From Vicinamibacterales bacterium (lineage in GTDB: Bacteria; Acidobacteriota; Vicinamibacteria; Vicinamibacterales; UBA2999), in the NCBI GenBank assembly GCA_050250955.1, contig JBFWNR010000006.1, positions 54,716 to 118,715 of the forward strand: 64,000 bases of DNA, read 5' to 3'. Position 1 is the first letter of the stretch. Every line of letters begins with the position of its first letter. The notes under the pieces are model-generated. The model made no database searches, was not told the DNA's origin, and saw only the letters and a program-made list of their open reading frames with translations. Both the position numbers and the translations under genes were made by a program. Below are positions 8,253 to 16,710 of the stretch, in pieces.

Positions 8253-9374
8253 CTAGGCCGCGCGGGCTTCGATCACGCTGACCATCGACGCGGTCGGCGT
8301 CACCGAGTGCAGCCTCAGCCCCGCCGCCGCGAAGAGCGCCGCGTACTCGTCCACGGTGCGCTCCTTGCCGCCCGGGATCATCATCATGATCATGTCGAAG
8401 AGGACGGCCGGCGACGGCTCGGCTGTCGCCGGCACGACGGCTTCGACGACCAGCACCCGCCCGTCCGCCGGCAGCACCGCGCGGACGTTCGACAGGATGC
8501 GGACCGCATCCTCGTCGTACCAGTCGTGGATGATGTGGCGCAGCGTGTAGGCGTCGGCGCCGGCCGGCACCGCCGCGAAGAAGTCGATCGGCACCACCTG
8601 GCAGCGGTCAGCGACCCCGGCGGCCTCGAGACTGGCGCGGGCCCGCGCGCCGACGTGGGGCAGGTCGCAGTGCAACCCGCGCAGGTGCGGGTGACGCGTC
8701 AGCGTGTCGATGAGCACCGAGCCGTTGCCGGCGCCGATGTCGGCCAGCACGCGGATGCCGCCGTAGTCGTAGGCGTCGAGGACGGCGGCGGTCTCCGGGC
8801 CGTGGATGCCGGTCATGGCGGCGTCGAAGATGGCGGCGGCCTCGGGCCGCTCGCCGAGGTCGGCGAAGATCGGCTTGCCGTAGGCGCGGGCGTAACCGCT
8901 CTCGCGCGTGCGCAGGCTGTGCGGCACCTCGGTCCAGGCCTTGGCGAACAGGCCGAACATCTGCGCCACCGGCCGCATCGACCGGTCGGGGCTGCCGCTG
9001 CGCAGCAGCTCGCCGGCCGGGGTCAACGACAGGCCGCCGTCGCCGTGCTCGACCAGGCCGAGCATGGCCGTGTAGCGCAGGAAGCGGGCCAGCTGGTCGG
9101 GGCGGGTGCCGGTGGCCGCCGCCAGCGGCTCGACGGCCCGCACGCCGCCGGCGATGTGGTCGGCCACGCCGAGATCGGCGAACGCGGAGACGGCGTTGGT
9201 GGCGGCGGCGCCGAAGAGCAGTTGCTGGAGCTGCAGGCGGGGTCCATGGCGCGCGAGTCTACCGCACCCGGACCGCCGGCGCCGCGCGTCAGGCGTGGAC
9301 GGTGAGCACCGGGCACGTCGCCGCGCGCACCACGTGGTTGGTGGTCGACCCGAAGAAGCCGAGGTCGAAGGCAC
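8253..9374 (-). CDS. class I SAM-dependent O-methyltransferase (COMT/Methyltransf_2 type)
   Basis: It shows dimerisation-domain-like LGVADHI...LA..TG, the SAM motif VLADIGAGNGS, and the pattern RHIIHDW.DE....IL. The 5' limit is uncertain; see findings. Confidence 0.8.
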   Translation of the reverse strand: MPSTSASSGRPPTTWCARRRARCSPSTPDARRRRSGCGRLARHGPRLQLQQLLFGAAATNAVSAFADLGVADHIAGGVRAVEPLAAATGTRPDQLARFLRYTAMLGLVEHGDGGLSLTPAGELLRSGSPDRSMRPVAQMFGLFAKAWTEVPHSLRTRESGYARAYGKPIFADLGERPEAAAIFDAAMTGIHGPETAAVLDAYDYGGIRVLADIGAGNGSVLIDTLTRHPHLRGLHCDLPHVGARARASLEAAGVADRCQVVPIDFFAAVPAGADAYTLRHIIHDWYDEDAVRILSNVRAVLPADGRVLVVEAVVPATAEPSPAVLFDMIMMMIPGGKERTVDEYAALFAAAGLRLHSVTPTASMVSVIEARAA

Positions 9375-10203
9375 TGCGGCCGCGCACGCCGAGCGCCACC
9401 AGGTCGGCGCCGTCGGCGGCCGCGCCGAGGATCTCGACGTAAGGGCGCCCGAAGCGCACGGCCGTGGCGACCTCGACGCCTTCGGGCAGCCCGGCGACGA
9501 GCTGCTGCAGCCGTTCGGCGGCGCCGTGTTCGAGGTAGCGGCGATACTGCTGCAGCGCGTCGGCCTGCGGCGGCGGAATCCCGGCCAGGGCGACGGTCGG
9601 GTCGTCGTGCCACGGCCACTCGACGACGTGGAGCACCGTGAGCCGGCCGGCGCCGTCGCGGGCCAGGGCCGCCGCTGCGGCCACGGCCGCCGCCGAGCAC
9701 GGCGAGAAGTCCACCGCGGCGAGCACGCGCTCGAACCTCGCCGCCGCGGTGCCCTCGGCGCGGGGAGGGACGACGAGCACCGGGACGGTGGCGCGGCGCA
9801 CGACCTGCTCGGTGACCGAGCCGAGCAGGAAGCGTCGCACCCCCGAGGCGCCGTGGGTGCCCATGACGATCGCCGTCGCGTCGAGTGCGGCGGCGCGGTC
9901 GAGAATGGCTTCCACCGGGTGGCCCTCGCGCACGTCCAGCGTCAGATCGACGCCGGCCGCCGCCACCGCTCGGCACTGGGCTTCGGCGCGCGCACGCCAG
10001 CGCCGCAGGTCGTCGGCGCCACCCGAGGCGACGGTGGCGGCCACCGCGGCCGGCGGCTCCTCCAGCGGGGCCAGCGACGGCAGGACGGCGAGCGCCCAGA
10101 CCCGGTCGCCGCGGCGCCGGGCGAGCGCCGCCGCCTGTTCGAGCGCGTGGGTCGAGACCTCGGAGAAGTCGATGGGGCAGAGCAGCCGGGCGGTCATCGG
10201 CAC
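9289..10203 (-). CDS. tandem universal stress protein (two UspA domains)
   Basis: The pattern G.HG.SG..R...GS......R...CPVL.V occurs twice (IVMGTHGASGVRRFLLGSVTEQVVRRATVPVLVV and LVALGVRGRSAF..GFFGSTTNHVVRAATCPVLTV). Confidence 0.9.
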   Translation of the reverse strand: MPMTARLLCPIDFSEVSTHALEQAAALARRRGDRVWALAVLPSLAPLEEPPAAVAATVASGGADDLRRWRARAEAQCRAVAAAGVDLTLDVREGHPVEAILDRAAALDATAIVMGTHGASGVRRFLLGSVTEQVVRRATVPVLVVPPRAEGTAAARFERVLAAVDFSPCSAAAVAAAAALARDGAGRLTVLHVVEWPWHDDPTVALAGIPPPQADALQQYRRYLEHGAAERLQQLVAGLPEGVEVATAVRFGRPYVEILGAAADGADLVALGVRGRSAFDLGFFGSTTNHVVRAATCPVLTVHA

Positions 10204-10223
10204 ATGCTAGCTGAGCCCGGGGC

Positions 10224-11003
10224 TCACGGTTTCGGCGGCCACGGCACGAACGCCGAGGTGCGGCGGACGTACTCGGCGTAGCCGGGCTTGCTGGCCGAGA
10301 GGCCGGCTTCGAGCAGCGTCACGCCGGAGACCCGCAGCAGCAGCCAGGTCATCAGCAGCGGGCTGACGACCGTCCACCAGGCGCCGGCGCCGGCGGCGAC
10401 CAGGAACACGCCCCACCACACGACCGACTCCCCGAAGTAGTTCGGATGGCGCGAGTAGCGCCACAGGCCCACGTCGCAGACCGCGCCGCGCGGCGCGGTG
10501 CGCTTGAAGCGGCGGAGCTGGGCGTCGGCCACGGTCTCGACGACCAGTCCAACCACCGCCACCACGAGTCCGAGCGCGTCCCAGGCCGTCGGGAAGGGGG
10601 CCCGGTCGCCGGCGACGGCGGCGCCGATCGGCCAGGACACCACCCACGCCACCGTGGCCTGCAGCAGGAACACCTGGACGAGGCTGCGCCACCACCAGCG
10701 GTCGCCGTGCCGGGTGCGCCAGGCGGCGTAGCGGGGGTCTTCGCCGTGGCCGAGGTTGCGGCGGCCGATGTGCCAGGCGAGCCGCAGCGCCCAGGCCAGG
10801 ACCAGAGCGAGGATCGCCAGTCCGCGGGGGCCGACCTGGGGAGCGGCGCCGGCGTAGGCGGCGCCGGCGACGACGAAGGCCGGGCCCCACCACATGTCGA
10901 CGATGCTGGCGTTCTTCAGCGGCAGCGACGCCAGCCACAGGGCGGCGAAGAGGACCGCCAGGACCGCCCAGACGCCGAACCACGGTGCCGCCGCGTCGCC
11001 CAC
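10224..11003 (-). CDS. DUF1295 membrane protein (steroid 5-alpha-reductase / ICMT-like fold)
   Basis: It has multiple TM segments. The diagnostic motif is GLWRYSRHPNYFGE...WWG. Confidence 0.85.
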   Translation of the reverse strand: MGDAAAPWFGVWAVLAVLFAALWLASLPLKNASIVDMWWGPAFVVAGAAYAGAAPQVGPRGLAILALVLAWALRLAWHIGRRNLGHGEDPRYAAWRTRHGDRWWWRSLVQVFLLQATVAWVVSWPIGAAVAGDRAPFPTAWDALGLVVAVVGLVVETVADAQLRRFKRTAPRGAVCDVGLWRYSRHPNYFGESVVWWGVFLVAAGAGAWWTVVSPLLMTWLLLRVSGVTLLEAGLSASKPGYAEYVRRTSAFVPWPPKP

Positions 11004-11027
11004 AGCCGTTGGACGCGCGCGACGACG

Positions 11028-11603
11028 CTAGCGGTGCCCCCAGCGCGACGTCAGGTAGGCCACGAGCGCCGGCTTGTCCTCGGCCGATACCGTGGCGCCC
11101 CAGCGCACCATCTTGTCCACGGTGCGGCCCCATCCGGCGGCGGTCAGCCGCTGCTGCGCCGAGAGATCGTCCGCGTGGCAGGTGCGGCACGCCGCCGTGA
11201 ATACCGCCTCGCCGGCCTTCACCGCGGCGGCGTCGTGCGAGGCCAGCGGCCGGACGCCGAAATGGCGCGCCAGGTAGCCGACCAGCGCCGGCCGCTCCGC
11301 GGCCGACAACGCGGCACCCCAGCGCTCCATCTTGGCGACTTCGCGGTCCCACCCGGTCGGCGACAGCCGCTGCGAGACGATGATGTCGGCCTCGTGGCAG
11401 CCGAGGCAGCGCGCCCGCGCCACCTCCGCTCCGGGGCTCTCGGGCAGCCCGCGGCCGGCGGCGTCCTGGGCTGAGGTGGCCGGCCTGTTGGCAGAGCTGA
11501 CGCTCTGTCGTGCGTCGCTCGGGGCGCAGGGCCGCTCTTCGGAGCTGCCGGGGGCGGCGACCGCGACGAGGGCCGCAACGACCGCGATCGCGCCCGCCGT
11601 CAC
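11028..11603 (-). CDS. dihaem c-type cytochrome
   Basis: GTG 11603 overlaps the upstream TGA (a GTGA junction). There are two CxxCH motifs (CLGCH and CRTCH), each in a repeated ...S.QRL...GW...V.KM.RWGA.....E.PALV.YL module. A signal peptide is present. Confidence 0.85.
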   Translation of the reverse strand: MTAGAIAVVAALVAVAAPGSSEERPCAPSDARQSVSSANRPATSAQDAAGRGLPESPGAEVARARCLGCHEADIIVSQRLSPTGWDREVAKMERWGAALSAAERPALVGYLARHFGVRPLASHDAAAVKAGEAVFTAACRTCHADDLSAQQRLTAAGWGRTVDKMVRWGATVSAEDKPALVAYLTSRWGHR

Positions 11604-12781
11604 GCCTTCACCTCGATGCGCACCTGATCGGGGGCGTTCCACAGGTAGCCCGACGGGTTCCACTGCGGCACGATCGGCTGCGTCGTGCCTTTGGCGTCAG
11701 TGGCCCGCGACAGGATCGTGTGGGTGTCCTGGCGGGACGGGGTGAAGGTGTACTCGAACCGCCGCCAGGCGAACCGCTCCGGCCTGCCGGTGAGCTGCGC
11801 CGGCTGCCAGGTGGCGCCGGCGTCGGTGGAGACCTCGACGCGGGCGATGTCGATCTCACCGGCCCAGGCGAACCCGGCGACCAGCACCTTCCCCGGCGGG
11901 ACGGTCGCGCCGTCGAGTGGCCGGGTGATGAGCGACTTCACCGCCAGCCCGGTCAGCGGGGCCATGTCCCTGGCATCCACCGCCGCGCCCGGCGCCACGC
12001 GGCGCGTCGGATAGCGATAGCCGGTGGCCACCCAGAACCCGTCGTGTTCGGCGGTGGCCAGCGTGATCGTGTTCAGCCACTTGATGGCGTAGGCGCCTTC
12101 CCAGCCGGGCACCACCAGCCGCAGCGGAAAACCGTGCGGCGCCGGAATCGGCTGGCCGTTCATCGCGTAGGCGACCAGCGTGCCCGGATCCATCGCCTTG
12201 GCCATCGGCACCTGGCGCACGAAGGGCGGCTGGGTGCCCATCGGGCGATCGGCGCCGCTCGCCCACAGATGCGTGGCGGCGGCACGCGCCCCGGCCCGCT
12301 TCAGCAGATCGGCGACGCGGACGCCGGTCCACGTGCAGGTGCCGACGGCGCCCTTCTGCCACTGGATGCCGGCCACCGGCGGGTCGAAGAAGGCGCGGCC
12401 GTTGCCAGCGCACTCGAGCGTCACCGTCGCCGTCGTCGCCGGCATCTGGCGCAGGTCGGCGACCGACAGGGACAACGGCGTCGCCGCTTCGCCGTTCACC
12501 GCCAGCCGCCACGCCGCCTCGTCGAGCGCGGTCGGCGCCGGCATGTGCGAGCGGACGTAGAAAGCGTCGAGCGGCGTCAGATAGCTGTCGAGCAGCCTGA
12601 CAGGAGTCTCGAAATCGGGCGGCCGCACCGAGCGGGCGATGAGCTCGGGGTGCTTGCCGGCCGGGACCTGGGCCAGGACGTCGAACGGCCAGGCCGCCGC
12701 GGCGCTCGCACCAAGGCCGAGCTTGGCGGCCAGCACGAGCAGGTCGCGTCGCGACGGATCGCGATCGTCGAAGGGCGTCAT
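11600..12781 (-). CDS. sulfite-oxidase-family molybdopterin oxidoreductase (SorA/SoxC-like), Tat-exported
   Basis: ATG 12781 gives 393 aa. A Tat motif (SRRDLLV) is present. The Mo-domain patterns are FYVRSH...LECAGNGR...YAMNG.P.P..HGFPLRLVVPGWEG...KWL. A C-terminal Ig-like dimerisation domain follows. Confidence 0.9.
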   Translation of the reverse strand: MTPFDDRDPSRRDLLVLAAKLGLGASAAAAWPFDVLAQVPAGKHPELIARSVRPPDFETPVRLLDSYLTPLDAFYVRSHMPAPTALDEAAWRLAVNGEAATPLSLSVADLRQMPATTATVTLECAGNGRAFFDPPVAGIQWQKGAVGTCTWTGVRVADLLKRAGARAAATHLWASGADRPMGTQPPFVRQVPMAKAMDPGTLVAYAMNGQPIPAPHGFPLRLVVPGWEGAYAIKWLNTITLATAEHDGFWVATGYRYPTRRVAPGAAVDARDMAPLTGLAVKSLITRPLDGATVPPGKVLVAGFAWAGEIDIARVEVSTDAGATWQPAQLTGRPERFAWRRFEYTFTPSRQDTHTILSRATDAKGTTQPIVPQWNPSGYLWNAPDQVRIEVKA

Positions 12782-12801
12782 GGCGGCGATTATACGTGCC
12801 G

Positions 12802-14823
12802 TCACTCGCGGGGCGGCGCGTAGCTGCCGGCGGCGGCGCGCAGCAGCTTCAGGAACACGTCGCTGTTCTCGTAGACGCCGGTGAACTGCCACGCCCCCGG
12901 CCCTTCGGCCGAGAGCGGGACGTCGCTGGCGGTGTGGCCGGCGATGGCGAGCGGACTGGCGCGGGTGTCGTCGGGACAGCCCAGCGGATCGGGACACCCG
13001 GTGGCGCCGTTCTCGATCACCCCCGGCACGAGGAAGCCCGGATAGCGACGACCGTCCACGGCGGCGTTGTCGCTGTCCTCGCCGGGCCCGTCGCGGCGGG
13101 GATTGGCGATCGCCTGGCGGGTCTGCGGATCGACGACGGTGCCGACCTGCGCCAGCCGGTTGGAAAGCCAGTTCTCGTAGCGGTCGGGGCCGGCGGCAAA
13201 GCCGATGAGCAGCTTGCGCGACGGATCCGGGTCGACGGGGAAGCCGTGCGCGTCGGGCGCGTAGTTGGTGAAGAGCTCGAGGGTCTGCGCCGGCAGGAAG
13301 CGGAACGTCGCCGCGTAGTCGCGCACCGAGCGACCGATCGCCGCTGGCGCATAGCGTTCGTTGCCGACGCCGATGATGCCGAAGCCGCCGCTCTCGTGGT
13401 CGGCGGTGACGACCACCAGCGTGTCGTTGTCGGGGTCGCGGTCGGTGTTGGTGCGCCGCGCGAAGTCGAGCGCCACCCGCACGGCGTTGTCGAACTCGAT
13501 GGTGTCCCAGATGGTGCGGTCGGCCTCCGACTCGTGGGCCTGCTTGTCGATCGAGGCGCCTTCGACCATCAGATAGAAGCCGCGCGGCGAGTGCGCGGCG
13601 AGCGAGCGGAGGGCCAGCGCGGTCATGTCGGCGAGCATCGGCTGGTCGCGCCCGTCGCGGTTCTTGTCGAGCGCCAGCTCGTCGCTGTAGCGGCCGGCGC
13701 CCACCTTGTCGAACGCGACACTCATGTGCCGGGGATGGAACAGGCCGAGCAGCGCCGCGGGCGGCGGACCGGCGAGCCGGGCGTTGACGTCGGTGGCGGT
13801 GCGCAGGACGTCGTAGCCGGCGCCGCGGAACGCGGCGACCAGGTCGCGGCCGTCCTTGCGGGTGCCGCCGCCGGCCGGCGGCAGGAAATAGGTGGCCCCG
13901 CCGCCGAGCAGCACCGACAGCCCGGACGCCTCGCGCTCCTCCCACAGCCGCTCGGCGATGCCGTACCACTCGTCACGAAACGAGGTGTGCACGGCGTTGC
14001 CGGCCGGCGTAGCGTCGATCACCGAGGCGGTCGTCACCAGCCCGACGTGGAAGCCGGGGCCGCGGGTGCGGCGGAGGATCTCGCCGAGGTACTCGACTCT
14101 GGGATTGTCGAACACGTCGCCGGTGTTGTCGGGATAGACGCCGACCTGGTTGTTGTTGGCCTTGTGGCCGGTGACGTAGGCCGACATGCCCGGCGCCGAG
14201 TCGGTGATGGCCGCATTCAGCGCCGAGGTCATCACCAGCCCGGTGACACCCAGGGTGTCCATCGCCAGCGGTGCGTTGGCCTTGCCGTGGGTCTGGCCGC
14301 GCGAGACGATGCGCGCCGCCGTGCGGTGCGCGATGCCCATGCCGTCGCCGACCAGCAGGATGATGTTGCGGGCCGCCGGCGTGCGACGGCGGCGGGTCGC
14401 CCACGCCTGCACCTCGTAGACGGCGTCGATTCGGGCGCCGTCGGCGGTCCGTGCGGTGACGACGTGGCGGCCGGGGTCGGCGAAGGCGAGGTCGCGGGCC
14501 AGGAAGTTGGTGGTCGCCGCCGCCGCCGGTCCGGCGGCGCGGCGCGTGCCGTCCGCCGACCCGGTGCCGCCGGCGCCGCGCTCGCCGCCGGGTCCCGGGG
14601 CCAGGACGCTGGTCGCCGTCACGTCGCGGCCGTCGAGGGTGACGACCAGGCCGGCGGGCGCGGCGTCGCCGGTCGCGGTGGCTTCCACGCGCAGGTCGAA
14701 GCGCTGGCCGACCGCGAAGGTCGCGCCCGACGGCGGCATCACCCGCAGGCGGGTCTGGGCCGTGGCCGGGGCGGCGATGACGGCAGTGAGGACGAGGGCG
14801 ATCGGGAACGGCCGGCAACACAT
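12802..14823 (-). CDS. PhoA-family alkaline phosphatase with N-terminal beta-sandwich extension
   Basis: The alkaline phosphatase motifs are LLVGDGMG, TDSAPGMSAY, EGASIDKQAH and VTADHESGG. An extra ~150 aa lies between the signal peptide and the catalytic core. Confidence 0.9.
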   Translation of the reverse strand: MCCRPFPIALVLTAVIAAPATAQTRLRVMPPSGATFAVGQRFDLRVEATATGDAAPAGLVVTLDGRDVTATSVLAPGPGGERGAGGTGSADGTRRAAGPAAAATTNFLARDLAFADPGRHVVTARTADGARIDAVYEVQAWATRRRRTPAARNIILLVGDGMGIAHRTAARIVSRGQTHGKANAPLAMDTLGVTGLVMTSALNAAITDSAPGMSAYVTGHKANNNQVGVYPDNTGDVFDNPRVEYLGEILRRTRGPGFHVGLVTTASVIDATPAGNAVHTSFRDEWYGIAERLWEEREASGLSVLLGGGATYFLPPAGGGTRKDGRDLVAAFRGAGYDVLRTATDVNARLAGPPPAALLGLFHPRHMSVAFDKVGAGRYSDELALDKNRDGRDQPMLADMTALALRSLAAHSPRGFYLMVEGASIDKQAHESEADRTIWDTIEFDNAVRVALDFARRTNTDRDPDNDTLVVVTADHESGGFGIIGVGNERYAPAAIGRSVRDYAATFRFLPAQTLELFTNYAPDAHGFPVDPDPSRKLLIGFAAGPDRYENWLSNRLAQVGTVVDPQTRQAIANPRRDGPGEDSDNAAVDGRRYPGFLVPGVIENGATGCPDPLGCPDDTRASPLAIAGHTASDVPLSAEGPGAWQFTGVYENSDVFLKLLRAAAGSYAPPRE

Positions 14824-14845
14824 GGCCGCGATGTTACCGCCGTGG

Positions 14846-14863
14846 CGTCACCAGGCGGTGACG
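14846..14863 (-). terminator. candidate hairpin after the LytTR gene
   Basis: CGTCACC-AGGC-GGTGACG forms a 7-bp stem. It sits between the stop at 14873 and the phoA-like start at 14823. There is no U-tract. Confidence 0.25.
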
Positions 14864-14872
14864 ACCCGGGCC

Positions 14873-15616
14873 CTAGCGTTCGAGCTGGTCGAGCAGCGGC
14901 CGCCAGCGCCGCCGCGACACGTCGACGGCGGTGCCGTTGGAGAGCACGATCTGCCCGGTGCCGTCGCTGTTCGGCTTGGCCTCGCGGATGGCGTCGAGGC
15001 GGACGACCACGGCCCGCGACACCTGGAAGAACTGCTGCGGGTCGAGCCGGCGGACCAGCTGCGCCAGTGTCGGCTGCATCCACAGGTGATCGGTGGCGGT
15101 GTGCAGCCGGGTCTGGCCGTCGTCGAAGCTGAAGGCGACGACGTCGGCGGCCGGCACGACGTGGAAGCGGGCGCCGCGGCGGGCCAGGAAGCGCGACGGC
15201 GCGCCGGCGGCGGACGAGGGCGGCGGACCGGGGTCGGCGCCGGCACCAGGCTCAGGCGCGGCCGGCCGCAGCACGCGGCCCAGGGCGGCGTCGAGGCGGG
15301 CGCGGGTCACCGGCTTCAACAGGTAGTCCACCGCCTGCAGTTCGAACGCGTCCACGGCGTGCTGGTCGAAGGCGGTGCAGAAGATCACCGCCGGCGGCGG
15401 CGCGCCGATCGACGCCGCGACGTCGAGGCCGCTGCACCCCGGCATCTGGATATCGAGGAACACGACGTCGGGCGCCAGCGCCTGGATCCGCTCCAGGGCG
15501 TCGACGCCGTCTTCGGCTTCACCGACGACCTCGATGTCGCCGCGCTCGACGAGCAACTGGGTGAGCCGCGCCCGGGCCGGCGCCTCGTCGTCCACGACCA
15601 GCGCCCGCAGGCTCAT
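14873..15616 (-). CDS. LytTR-family response regulator (REC + LytTR DNA-binding domain)
   Basis: ATG 15616 overlaps the upstream stop (ATGA). The REC motifs are VVDDE...VVFLDIQMPG..G...LLKP. The C-terminal part matches the LytTR pattern (F.V.....V...DI.......D). Confidence 0.9.
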   Translation of the reverse strand: MSLRALVVDDEAPARARLTQLLVERGDIEVVGEAEDGVDALERIQALAPDVVFLDIQMPGCSGLDVAASIGAPPPAVIFCTAFDQHAVDAFELQAVDYLLKPVTRARLDAALGRVLRPAAPEPGAGADPGPPPSSAAGAPSRFLARRGARFHVVPAADVVAFSFDDGQTRLHTATDHLWMQPTLAQLVRRLDPQQFFQVSRAVVVRLDAIREAKPNSDGTGQIVLSNGTAVDVSRRRWRPLLDQLER

Positions 15617-16710
15617 GGCGTGGTCCTCCGCAGCGCCAGCACGGTGACGTCGTCCTGGGCCTGGTCGCGGCCGCGATGGGCACGCACGGCGTCGATGACG
15701 GCCGCCGCCAGGCCAGTCACGTCGTCGCCGTGGCGGGCGGCCAGGCCGGCCAGGTCCGCGACGTCGAACTCGCGCCCGGCGGCGTCGAGCGCTTCGGTGA
15801 CGCCGTCGCTCATGACCAGCAGAGTATCGCCCACGGCGAGCGTGCACTCGTCGGCGGGGAAGGCCGCTCCGTCGAACAGCCCCAGGGCCGGCGCCGTGGC
15901 CGCCAGCGCCGCGCGCCACTCGCCGCGGCCGTTCACGACCAGCGATGCCGGATGTCCGGCGTTGACGTAGCGCACGACGCCGCTCGCCGGGTCGAGCACG
16001 CCGTGGACGAGCGTCGCGTAGCGCGACCCCTCGGTGGAGCGATAGACGTCGCGGTTGAGCGCCGCCATCATCCCGGTGAGCGTCAGGTCGCGCTGCTGGA
16101 TCGCGCCCTGCCAGCGGGCCTGCACGCTGGAGGCAATGAGGCCGGCGGCCATCCCCTTGCCGGCGACGTCGCCGAGCACGAACGCCAGGGCGCCGGCGGC
16201 GCGCACGGCGTCGTAGAAGTCGCCGCCGACGGCGCGGGCCGCCAGCGTGCGGGCCGCCAGCCGGTAGCCCGGCGCGCCCGGCAGGACCTGGGGCAGCAGG
16301 TGGGCCTGGGCGCGCACTGCGGCGGCGAGCTCGCGCTCGCTGGCCCGCCGGTCGGCCAGCTTGTCGCGCATCCGGGCGAGGGTGGTCTGCAGGCGCTGGC
16401 GGTTGACCGGCTTGAGCAGGTAGTCGGCGGCGTCGTATTGGAAGGCATCGACCGCGAAGCGCTCGTAGGCGGTGGCGAAGACGATGAACGGCCGCGGCTC
16501 GGGCAGGCTGGCCGCCAGGTCGGTGCCGCGCTCGGCCGGCATCTCGATGTCGAGGAAGACCACGTCGGGGGTGAGGGCGGCCACGGCGGCCCGGGCGGCG
16601 TCGGCGTCGGCGGCCTCTCCCACGACGGCGACGCCGCCGATCTCGTCGAGCAGCGCGCGCAGCCGGGCCCGGGCCGGCGCCTCGTCGTCGACCAGCAGGG
16701 CGCGGATCAC
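15613..16710 (-). CDS. response regulator with PP2C/SpoIIE-type phosphatase output (RsbU-like)
   Basis: GTG 16710 overlaps the kinase stop (GTGA). The REC domain (LVDDE...FLDIEMP...LLKP) is followed by GGDFYD...VLGDVAGKG...YVNAGHP...SDGVTE, the PP2C/SpoIIE motifs. Confidence 0.9.
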   Translation of the reverse strand: MIRALLVDDEAPARARLRALLDEIGGVAVVGEAADADAARAAVAALTPDVVFLDIEMPAERGTDLAASLPEPRPFIVFATAYERFAVDAFQYDAADYLLKPVNRQRLQTTLARMRDKLADRRASERELAAAVRAQAHLLPQVLPGAPGYRLAARTLAARAVGGDFYDAVRAAGALAFVLGDVAGKGMAAGLIASSVQARWQGAIQQRDLTLTGMMAALNRDVYRSTEGSRYATLVHGVLDPASGVVRYVNAGHPASLVVNGRGEWRAALAATAPALGLFDGAAFPADECTLAVGDTLLVMSDGVTEALDAAGREFDVADLAGLAARHGDDVTGLAAAVIDAVRAHRGRDQAQDDVTVLALRRTTP

